Part shown: positions 1-11,400 of the stretch, in pieces
Layout of the letters: every line of letters starts with the position of its first letter
Numbering within the stretch: the stretch's first letter is position 1
Origin: Antedon mediterranea
Lineage: Eukaryota > Animalia > Echinodermata
Assembly: GCF_964355755.1 (NCBI RefSeq)
Contig: NC_092674.1
Location: 21,700,001 to 21,764,000, forward strand
Length of the DNA stretch: 64,000 nt
Direction: 5' to 3'
Program-made: the position numbers and the translations under genes
Notes under the pieces: generated by a model
Told to the model about the DNA's origin: nothing
The model's database searches: none
Seen by the model: only the letters and a program-made list of their open reading frames with translations

Positions 1-1030
1 CTACACATCGAGCCATATGAGCACCTGCCGAAGAAAATCCGAAGAAAGTTTACTCGTCCATTCGGTATGTCGTGAAGCACTCTATGCAAATAGATTATTA
101 CTTAGCAAACTAAATCATAATTTTTACTATGATGAAATCTTCACACATTTTAAACAGTGACATATTATGAAAGTGCATACTTTTAAGTTTTATATATTAA
201 CATGTGAAGTAAAAAGATAAACGTTATGTTTATTGTTTTGCTCTTTGAAAACGTTTATGTTTGTTTGATGATAAAAATTTCAAAAATTATATTTAATATG
301 CAAATAATGTAGCCATCAAACACGTTTTAACATTCAACACTATAATAAATCAGACCTATGATTCATACACTGCAAGAAAATAAAATAAAAAATAGGGGTA
401 ACCTTGCATTCTGATGAACTGTATCGTTTTTAAAAGTATACATATTTTGCAACATTTTTACAATTTTTTAACATTTTACGTGCGCAACCAGTCATGTTTA
501 ACGTGCTCGTAGAACACCATTTGACGTTGAAAAGTGAATAAAATAATGTAAAATTGTTAACCGAAGATTGAAAAACACAAATCGTGCAAAAGAAATGCTC
601 ATACGTGTTTCCTGCGCCGTGCGCGCGTAAAAATGTGCGCACCTGGTGGCAATTTTTCAAACGCTTAAAATGACCTGAATCGTGGTCTAATTTAATCAGA
701 AATTGATTTAGAGCATTTTAAAATTTCAAGCGCCGTTTACTCGCGCACTTTCCCATGTTACAAATTTCGGTAGCGATAAAAGAGTTAGCAATTGATGTGA
801 AGCAACCGTGGCTGAAAATTACGTTAAAAAATATTCATCTGTTTCGAAGTTATGATCAACTTAGGATTTTCTGAAAATCGCGTGTGACTTACGCTACGCG
901 GTTCTGCCAGCGTCCAAAAGCTTGGCTCCACATCTTCAGTTAAATGTCTAAATGTTTACCAAGTTACAACATGTTATGTTAGCAGGTTGCAGAGAAAAGC
1001 TGAACAAAAAAATCGGCGGAAATAGAGAAG
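1..1030. mobile_element. Partial copy of the HINE-like element at 1031-2557 (tandem, runs off the left edge)
   Basis: Positions 1-~1010 closely match 1253-~2240; both begin ctacacatcgagccatatgagcacctgccg. Confidence 0.75.
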
Positions 1031-2557
1031 AACTAGAACTTAAACTCGTCACTTGGGGACAAGTTTGGTTATCCGCCCGTAACAAAACGTATCTTGCGCA
1101 TTCAAGTACTTTTCAATCATGACTTTTCCAAAAAGTAGCCTATTCGAAATTAAAACTGCCCTTTCAGTGTAATAACCAAATACATCCTTTTATTTAATTG
1201 TTTTCCCGTGACGGGATTCGATCCCGGTACCTCTGATAACAAAGTCGGTTGCACTACACATCGAGCCATATGAGCACCTGCCGAAGAAAATCCGAAGAAA
1301 GTTTACTCGTTCATTCGGTATGTCGTGAACCACTCGATGCAAGTTGATTATTACATATCAAACTAAGTGATAATTTTTACTATGATGAAATCTTCACAAA
1401 TTTTAAACAGACATATTACGAAAGTGCATACTTTCAAATTTTATATATTAACATGTGAAGAAAAAATATAAAAGTTATGTTTATTGTTCTGCTCTTTGAA
1501 AATGTTATTGTTTGTTTGATGATAACAATTTCAAAAATTATATTTAATATGCAAATAATGTAGCCATCAAACACGTTTTAACATTAAACACTATAATAAA
1601 TCAGATCTATGATTCATACTCTGCAAGAAATAAAAATAAAAAATAGGGGTAACCTTGCATTCTGATGAACTGTATCGTTTTTAAAAGTAGACATATTTTG
1701 CAACATTTTGACAATTTTTTGGCGTTTTTCTGCGCAACCAGTCATGTTTAACGTGCTCGTAGAACGCCATTTCAAGTTGAGTAGTGAATAAAATAACGTA
1801 AAATTGTTAACCAAAGATTTAAAAACACAAATCGTGTAAAAGAAATGTTGTTACGCGTGAAAATGTGCGCACCAGTGGCAATGTTTTAAACGCTTAAAAT
1901 GACCTGAATCGTGCTCTAATTTAATCAGAAATTGATTTCAAGCATTTTAAAATTCAAACGCAATTTACGCGCGCACTTTCTAATGTTACAAATTTCGGTA
2001 GCGTTAAAAAAGTTTACAATTGATGTGAAGCAAACGTGGCTTAAATAGACATTAAAAAATATTTATTTGTTTCGAAGTTATAACCAATTTAATATTTTTC
2101 AGAAAATCACGCGTAACTTACGCTACGCGGCTCTGACATCGTCAAAAAGCTTGGCTGCACAACTTCAGTAAAATGTCTAAATGCTGAACAAGTTACAACA
2201 TATTATGTTAACACGTTGAAGAGAAACAGCGTGTACAAAATAAGAAGAGTAGAATATTTCAAACGCAATTTACGCGAAAACTTTTTAATCTCCAAAATTT
2301 TACTAATGATCGAAAAAGTTAGCCATTGATGTGAAGAAAACGTAGCTGAAAACTTCGTTAAAAAATATTTATCAGTTTTGAAGTTATGACAGATTTAAGA
2401 TTTTCAGAAAATCGCGCGTCACTTACGCTACGCGGATCTGACAGCATGTTATGTTAACACGTTGCAGAGAAAGGCTGAACACAAACTCTGATAAAAATAG
2501 AGCATATTTAAAAAACTCTTACAATTCCAAAGGCTTATCCGCTTGAGGCGGATAACC
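1031..2557 (-). mobile_element. Non-autonomous Helentron/DINE-1-like element (HINE family 1)
   Basis: Hairpin aaactcgtc..gacaagttt (1042-1066) lies next to sub-terminal IR ggttatccgc (1067-1076). The other end has palindrome ttatccgc-ttgag-gcggataacc (2535-2557). The same termini occur at 21071-22577. Confidence 0.65.
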
Positions 2558-2688
2558 AACAAAGATTTTGACAGAATCAAGAGGTTATATGCATGATAAT
2601 GCATATAACCTAATTACGTTAAACTCGATTATAACGTTATATTGTATGTGATTTTTAAACATAATTGTAAAAGTTATAACAAAATTAC

Positions 2689-5600
2689 CTGTATAAAGAA
2701 CAGTTTAGGTTTTCCTATAAGAAATTGGCATTCATCGCCTTTAAACTGATCTGTCATAAATTTGACAGAAATTGGACCATTCGTTGCATAGAGCCCACAT
2801 TCATCACCGCGACTCATAAATACAATAAGCAAACAGGAAAAATTAGAAAGGTCTTCATTACTTGCAGCTAAAGAGAGAAGAGAATCTATGAAAACATCAG
2901 ACTTGACATGCGTACACCCCAAAGCACATTTGGGAGAATATAGTCTTTGAGACAAACAGTATGATGTAGACAATATTTGTGGCGAATTGTGTTAATAATG
3001 AAACATTGCTTGATGAGTGAGAGTTGTTTGTTTTGTGGTAATAGGCCTACATGTTCATATGAAGAGTTTCTTAGAAATGTAATTTATTTAAAATGGGGAT
3101 TTTTCCCCAAGTTTAGTGCTGTTTTTGATTATACAGTACGTTCAAGGGTCAATAACCACATTTTCTGTCACAATTGGACAAAATGTTCCAATATACAAAA
3201 TATAAACATACATGTTCTTAACAATTTGAGACCAAAATCAAGATTATGTGACAAGTAGCTATTGAAATAACCAAAACATCAGAAATGTCGTTTCCGGTCA
3301 CTTTTGGGCAAAATATTCCATTATAATGAATAGAAATATAATTTACAACTTAAGATCAAAACCAAGTCTCTATAATTGACGATTACAAAGATACAAGAAT
3401 CGGCCATTTGAAAATGGCACCATAGTAAGTGTCCCATGGGCTAAATATTTAGAAATTTTTATTGGTGGTACTTCATATGAAGAATTTGCCGCAAAAATTG
3501 CTTTGTAAATATTTTTTTCCAGATTTGGCCAAATTATGTTGTTTTTAAGCCTAATTTAAGAATTTAGCAAGTACATTTGGAACCTCAGTGCCTTTATAAT
3601 GAAGAACAATCCATTAAATGGAACATTAAAAGAAAATGTTTGCCTTATTCAAATCGTCACTCATCACACGAACCGGCGAATCGTCATTTTGGCGCGAAGT
3701 ATTTATTCTAAAGAACAATTGCAGCAAATATCAAATGCGTATTTTATTTCATTAATAAGTTATTTTAATTATAATTTGGCGAATATATTATGATATTATA
3801 ATCATTCGTCACACGAAGCGTCGAATATCGATTCGTCACTTCGTGTGAGTAAAACGCGCATCGCGCACACTAGTCCAGTAAAAATATGGTTGAACCTAGA
3901 ACACTGTTTACGCGCCTCAATAAACGGCGAATATGCAATTCGTCACTAATTGCATGTGATCTGATTGGTTTATTGCATATCTGGAACATTCCATTATTTG
4001 ATGGCCAATTTTCAGTCCCGCAAAGTTAGATTGAGCATAGATTATAGAATATTGGAACAGTATTTTACTCAGTAAAAACTGATTTATGTGTTTAGTTTAA
4101 ATTATTTAGTAAGCTAATTATATAAATACATTTCAGGAAATTTAATTCAACGGTTCGATGTTTGTTCTTTCGTACGTTCACTCGAGCACTAGCAAGAACA
4201 TTAAATTAAATTATGGCACTGACAACACACGAAACGTTACGGTAACGATTAGGCCTACATCAATGTTATAAGTTCTAACATCAAATTTCACCTCTATTGC
4301 TAATGGATAATGGATAATAACTTTCTTTTCTGTATACACATTTTTATTAAACAATTCATACATTTTGATGTTAGAGTATTTATATTTTTTGTTCTAGCTT
4401 TTTAGATTAGATAGTGACAGTATAATTATTATAATCAGTGTGTTACTAAATAACTTTGGGGGCATGGCTATACTAAATATATACTATCGTATACTATATA
4501 GGATAGTCTGCACATTATCCTGTGATATGCCATACAATAAGACCACATTGCTACAGTATCACATTAAATTAGTAAATAATTTAAATTAGCCTTTAAATAC
4601 GAATACTGTATTAGAAAAGGCAGATAACACATTTAATATTTTTAATAAATTATATATTGGCCATGAATGGCTAAATGATTGTAGGCCTAATATGCTGAAA
4701 ACGCCGTATTGTACAATGGACTGCCTACATTATGTTTTAACTGTTCCCGTAGGCCTACTACTAAGGGAATATTGAATTATCTAACATTGCCTTGCCGTAT
4801 GTTGAGATCAAATAATGTATAAATTAATAATTAAATTTAATTAAATGAACCATGTTTACGTATTTGCTTTATTTACAAGTTAAAATGATGTTTTTACATC
4901 AGTTAGGCTACTATAAATTATATTTTGCAACTGATTTGTGATTGTTCTTTCGCATTTTTAACAGAACAATTTGTTTACTTTATATTATTATCGTTAGGGC
5001 CCTATCTAAGGTGTTTACGTGGGACTGCCTATTCATTACCACGCAATCGCGGCGAATTATACCGCATATTTCATAGTCATTGCGTAAGATTCTTGTTGTT
5101 GTGAATATGCGTCGAATATCGCTTAGCAGCAAGTTACGCGGTAAATAATCTTCACAACTCTTTAATTAATGAGTGAATTTTTTAATGGACACTTTAAAAT
5201 TATTCATTTGATATACTTTTACATAATTACCACAAAAATAATTCGCTTTTTTTCTTGCAAGAAATGACCGTGCAAAAAGTGCCTTTTTTACAATCGCGAT
5301 TTTCTCGAAATAAATAGAAATTTTGCGGATTCGCCGGTTCGTGTGATGAGCGACGAAATGTTGGCAAACGTTGTAATTAATGTATGTACTAAAAATATGT
5401 AATTAACTGCCAATCATGCTCACTCAACAGCAACAATTAGCTAGTATTAACATGTAGACACAAACGATATAGTTAATTAACGATAGGCAGCACATCCGTA
5501 AGCAATATACTTTTGAAAATTATCTTAATATGAAAAATAACAACGTAACTTCTTGGTCATTCATTATCTGCAGACAAATTGCATCACTCATTCACCTGAA

Positions 5601-6848
5601 GAGTGTGACTAGCTTGTAATGAATACCGGTATCGGGAACACATACACAGACATTAAATATAAATTATTCGTATAGTACAAACCCTTTTTTAAGACACGTT
5701 TTGTTTGAGCTATATTGGAATTAATGTGTTTTTCGACTTCAAAGTTGACTTTGACGAGGGCATCGTATATACCATTAGCGTCATCTGTTGCGCTTTCACG
5801 GTTCTCCTTTTTCCATTCTTCGTCAAACTTTATGTTGTTAAAGATAATTGCATACCCCTTTCCCTCCATGTTATACTTAAATTCCGAAGTTTTTTTAAAA
5901 ATATGTTCGAAGATTTCTTTCTTGTTCAGTGTTTGCTTTGCAGGATCGGTATGTATGCTATGAGTACAAATAAATTCCTTATTTCAATTTTTATTTTTTA
6001 TTAGCAACAACAATTATTTTTTATAGTTAGTTAAATTTGATCTCAAATCAACTGTGATAACAGCCTCCAATAGAGAGTTAAGGATGTATCGATATATTAA
6101 TATAATTGACTCCAGGTAGGTATAATTATGAGATATTAAAATAATATTATAATATGTATTGTCCCTTCAAACACAAAAAAATGAAGGTCAAAATATTCTA
6201 AATTTAAAGTGGCCATATCAAAGTAATATTAAAGTTATTCACTTTAAGTCGAAAATTTGAGCCAAAAACAACAAGTTTACGTAATTAACAGGTAAATTAG
6301 TTTGATTAAATTTCATCTGGAAAATCGTCACGAGCGAAAGTAAACAAAGATTTCAAACCATTAGTACGCATTATACATATGCTAAATTAGGATTGTATAC
6401 AACTCGTCACGGTTAAGAAGGTATTTTCACACAGATCATGAGGAAGTTTTATGATTATGCATACAGAGTAGCCAAACAAGCGCGTTTCATTATGGGATAT
6501 GTTTTGATTGAAAACTTTGACTGGAAGTCAAAGTTATTTTTTTAACAAAAAAACGTCTGTATTTCAGTTAAATAATTTTTTTTTCGAAAAATGTTGGGTG
6601 ATAGTTAATAACTATTATGATACTTCAAAATGACCCACGTTTTTTCGAAATCTTTTATTTTTTATTTTTTTTGGAATTAGTCAAAGGGACAATACATCTT
6701 TAAATAATGATGGGCGAGACTGGTTTCATGAAGCAGAGCAATAATTACATTTGCATTGTATTGCTGATTTCTTACCTGATAAATTCGTCCGAAAGGCCAT
6801 CAACATCATCAGTCTTCTGAGGTCTGTTGATTGTTTCGTCAATCATAT
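2689..6848 (-). CDS. Caspase A (short-prodomain, probably catalytically inactive), 5' part; exons 6776-6848, 5683-5957, 2689-2867; remaining exons not found in the window
   Basis: Exons splice in phase through GT-AG: MIDETINRPQKTDDVDGLSDEFIS / IHTDPAK...YNMEGKGYAIIFNNIKF...NRESATDDANG / ASNEDLSNFSCLLIVFMSRGDECGLYATNG...FKGDECQFLIGKPKLFFIQ|gt. These are caspase p20 motifs, with the same intron positions and phases as caspase B. Confidence 0.88.
3655..5355. mobile_element. Non-autonomous TIR DNA transposon in a caspase A intron (4-bp AAAT TSD, Sola1-like)
   Basis: 28-bp TIR cgtcactcatcacacgaaccggcgaatc / gattcgccggttcgtgtgatgagcgacg; AAAT on both flanks; no ORF. Confidence 0.7.
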
Positions 6849-7299
6849 CTACTTTGTAAATAGAGTAGAATTAAAACTCATTCAATGGAATATTTTAATG
6901 CAGTTACAGCATGATAAATATACTATATTATTGTAGCTTTTTTGTTGAACCAAAGACAATGAGTATATAGTTGGTAAAGAAATGGTCATACGAATATTTA
7001 GCAACTTGGTCTCAACTTACTAGGAATATATATTTATAGTTACTTTAAAGGCGAATAAACAAAAGAAACCCCTTTATTTTTCATTTTTATTTTATCTCAG
7101 TGACTGTTGTGAGAGTATGGTTGTACTACGGATAAAAATATCCGTAGTCCTCGGTAAATACACTATTCTATTAATTCTAATGAATAACATCAACTGTACT
7201 ATGCAATGTAGGCCTATTGTTATCTATTTTTAAAACACAGTTAAACAATAAAAACGAATCAAAGAACCGTGGTGTGACTATACTGTATATTATGTTAGA

Positions 7300-7900
7300 A
7301 AGTAGCTTATTGTTTATTTACTCGTCCTCCTTTTTGTTGGAATCACTAAATTATAATAATAATTTATAACTAATACTAATTAAGAAGCAACAATTCTTAC
7401 CAGGTTTGTTATGAAAATTGCACAGTAAACCAAGCTAAACATCATAAATGCATCAGTGTTAAGTGATTTTAATTAAAACTAAAACTAAATATTAATATCT
7501 TCAACAACAATTCTAAAGAACTTGTTTTTGTCAGGTGTTCCAATGTTCCAAAGTACAGATACAGTAGTTAGAAAAATATCACGAATCAGAGTTTGACAAT
7601 GATTTGGATAAAAGTGAAGATAATTAAGTAACAATAAGCTATTTAATGCAACATACTTAGTCATATTTTATTTATATTGTATCTTTTCAGTACAAATAAA
7701 TACACATTGTAAATTAGGTGTATAATCTTTATTCAAAACCATAAGTTATTTAGGATAGTTTAATTAATATTACATTTATACTGATATACAATTTGCACAG
7801 TAATTATACAACAAATCTGGTAAGAGTTCTAGTTTTTTTCTTCTTAAATTATTAGTGATTGCAACAAAAGGGAGGACGAGTAAATAACAATAATGTTCTT
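7300..7900. repeat. Old foldback/MITE-like inverted repeat between the two caspases
   Basis: ttattgtttatttactcgtcctcctttttgttggaatcactaa (~7308-7349) is the reverse complement of ttagtgattgcaacaaaagggaggacgagtaaataacaataa (~7852-7893), with further internal IR. Confidence 0.6.
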
Positions 7901-8484
7901 TAAGATTATTATAGGATTATTTAGGATTATTAATAACATACTTATACTACGGTTTACTTGATGTGTCTTCGTCTATATAATTTGAAACACAAGGAAGAAA
8001 GAAACTGTCTAAATAAGTTGTTTTTTTAAACATTTTGTGTATTTCTATTGTATTAAAGCAAATATAGTAGAGTAATTGGTGGTTGCTGAGCTATTGACAT
8101 GACCATTTCTTTTACCAATGATCAATAATAATGTGTCATGGTCAATTTTGGCACAAGTTGTCCATTATAGTGAAATATGCCTAACAATTTATGAAATATA
8201 AAAAATGTGATGCTCTAAGCCAAAAATGTTTGTGCCGTCAAAATTACGGGTTCATTAACAGTTTTATGATTTTCATTACATTAGAGCGAATATTGTGAGT
8301 ACAAAAAAAATCACTTTCTGATTAGTGGTTGCTGAGGTATTCATATGGCCAATTTCTTGATCAGTGGTCAGAAAAGCGTTTCCGTTCACTTTTGGCAAAA
8401 GTTGTCTATTAGAGAGAATAGAAATACTGGTCTTTTGACATAAAAATGGTTACCAAGTTGCGCAAAGTCCTAACTTTGACCATC

Positions 8485-11400
8485 TTAACCTTTTGGCACC
8501 TGTACTGACCAAGCATCCCGGGGTTTTTTCGGCAAAAGCAACACATTGATAAGGAAGCAAAAAAGCATTGTTAATATACCATAGTTTGCTAGAAGGTGCA
8601 GGTAACCCCTTTCTGGCTCCCCATCTATCGACCTTAAACACATTTTTTTAGTCAGCGTAGAAACGATGTATGGAACTTGTTTCTTGTTCGATGACTCTGT
8701 AGAGTTAGTATCTGACTTGCATCCAAAAGCAACGAGGTGAGCTACTCTTGTAAGTATTTGGTGAATGTCATGTCCATGTTGTGATACAGTTTTTAAAGTG
8801 ATTTCCAGTGCTTTAACGAACCATGCACCATCCTCGCTCCTAAATGAATAATACCCTGTGTAGAGACAAAAACATTTAATACATCATTGTGCTAATCTAC
8901 CAACTGAACGATTATGCTTATGAACGGAACCATGGGAAGCGCTTTGATTTTCATGCAATATACATGTTATATTATATGAATTCTAGGCCTGCTGGATTAT
9001 GCGTTTAAAAATCAACAAGTCATACAATGATTGACAATATAGAAACTAAGAGTAAAAAACAGAACTAGATGATGATGGGATGCAAATAGAGTTATTAATA
9101 ATAATTGTTAATATCAATGTCTCTGGTAAAATCATTGTTTAAAAGATCTCAATTGTACATTTATGCAGGTAGGGGCAAGAGTATATAGCTCATTGGCGAA
9201 AGTTCCGTATTTTTAGTTAGTATGAAAAAATGTCTCTGGATGGATTTGAACCTGTGACTTCTCACTTACCGGGCGGTGGTATTATCGCAGATTTTTACCC
9301 AACAGATACATTCTCTCATACAACAAACGCCCTCACAATCAGTGGAGGCTTAACAAGTCAGAATAAATTCCAACTTTAATTCGCAACGGTTTTTTAAATA
9401 ATATTGTGTATATGTAAATCAATGAAGTTGCGTAGCACTGTGTAAATTATATATAAATCATACTGTAAATTTTAGAAACAGTGCTCATATTCGGAACATG
9501 ATCTCATAATCGCGTCGAGCATAGCTCATTGGCGAAAGTTCCGTATTTTTTAGTTGTATGAAAAAATGTCTCTGGCGGGATTCGAACCTGCAACCTCTCA
9601 CTTACAGGGCGAGTATCATACCACTAGACCACAGAGCCATGTATGGTATTATCACAGACAGATCACAGATACTCGCCCTGTAATTATTATTATCAATCAT
9701 ATCTCCATAACTCGTCATTACATAACAATCAAATTCACTATACATAAACTTCAGATCAAGGGTAAAAATATTAAAAATTGAAAACGTACAATTGAAAACC
9801 CTAAATTATACAATCAACAATCTGGATTTAGGCCAAATTACTCGACATCATCGGCATTAATAAATATAAATGAAGATTGGATTGACAGTATTGAAAATGG
9901 TAAATACATAGGACTAATAATGCTTGATCTCAAAAAAGCTTTCGACACTGTTAATCACCAGATACTAATAAAAAAAATACACAATTTTAATTTTGCTAAT
10001 CATGTTATCAAATGGTTTGAAAATTATTTAACAAATCGTACACATATTACTAATATTAACAATGTTGATTCGGTAAAGTCTAATAGTGTTTGTGGAATCC
10101 CTCAGGGATCAATATTAGGGCCCCTTCTATTTATCATGTATATTAATTACCTAACTCAGTTTCTCATGTAAATTTAAGCATGTACGCAGATGACACTGCG
10201 TTATATTATGCATCTAAAGACATACACGATATAATAAGCAAAGTAAATACTGATCTAAAACATGTACAACTATGGTTAGCAAGTAACAAATTAAGTCTAA
10301 ACATTAAAAAGACTGAATATATGATTTTAGGAACACATAAAAAATTTAATAAATTGATTAACATGGATATTAATATTAATATAGACGGTACAAAACTTGA
10401 AAAAGTAAATAACTGTAAACATTTAGGTGTCATTATCGATGAAAATTTAAAATGGCATAAACAAATAGATCAGGTGAAAAATAAAGTAATATTAGGTCTG
10501 TATTATCTAAAAAAAATGCAGCAATATTTTCCCTCAAAATATTCAATCATTAATGTACAAATCTATCATAGCCCACCATTTTGACTACTGCAATGTAGTA
10601 TGGGGTCGTTGTAACCAAACCCTCAAATATAAACTCCAAGTACTCCAAAATAGAGCGGCTAAAATAATTACACATACATCTAGGTATGACTCTAGCTCAC
10701 AGGCGCTCAAAGATTTAAATTGCCCTAATTTAGAAGAAAAACAATATTACAACGAAGCAGTCACAATGTATAAATTAATGAATAACTTGACACCATCCTC
10801 TACTTAAGAAACAGATTCTATGAACGCAAACAAACATATAATACTAGATCAAAAGATATTCTAAGTTTACATAAGGCAAACACTGAGTATAAAAAGAAAA
10901 GTTTCTCGTATTCTGGCGCAAAGCTATGGAATAGTTTAAATGCTATAAACTCAAATGCAATTACAGCTCCTAATATACATATATTTAAAAAAAATGATAA
11001 TTGACCAAAGATAAAATATACTTGAAACTCTATATTTTTTCGTGAAATCTTTTTTTTTTTTTTTGTTGTTTTTGTACTGTAAATGATAACTTGTGTAATA
11101 GTATAAATAGTTTTGTAGTAAGTAACGGCCTTGTGAAAAACACCAATATGGTGATTCAAGTGTTGCATCCGTTTTTAAATAAAGTTGTTATTATTATTAT
11201 TATTACGCATACACAAGGGCATGGGCGTAAATCACGCGTTACAAAAATACGGCCATACTGCATTGAAACACCGGTTCTCGTCAGATCACCGTTGGGCCCG
11301 GTTACAAAATCATTCAATAGGGTTAAAGGTCGTAAGATTTAATTAAGAAGTGATATCCTTGCGTATTATTAATAACAAAGATCGGCACAACAATTATATT

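Noticed and set aside
1-2688. Expected QACRG-equivalent exon of caspase A
   Set aside because: Not found; the interval is almost all HINE-like repeat, so the exon is presumed outside the window and its state is unknown.
8450-8641. 63-aa ORF MFKVDRWG..
   Set aside because: Wrong frame; the region is the last exon of caspase B in another frame.
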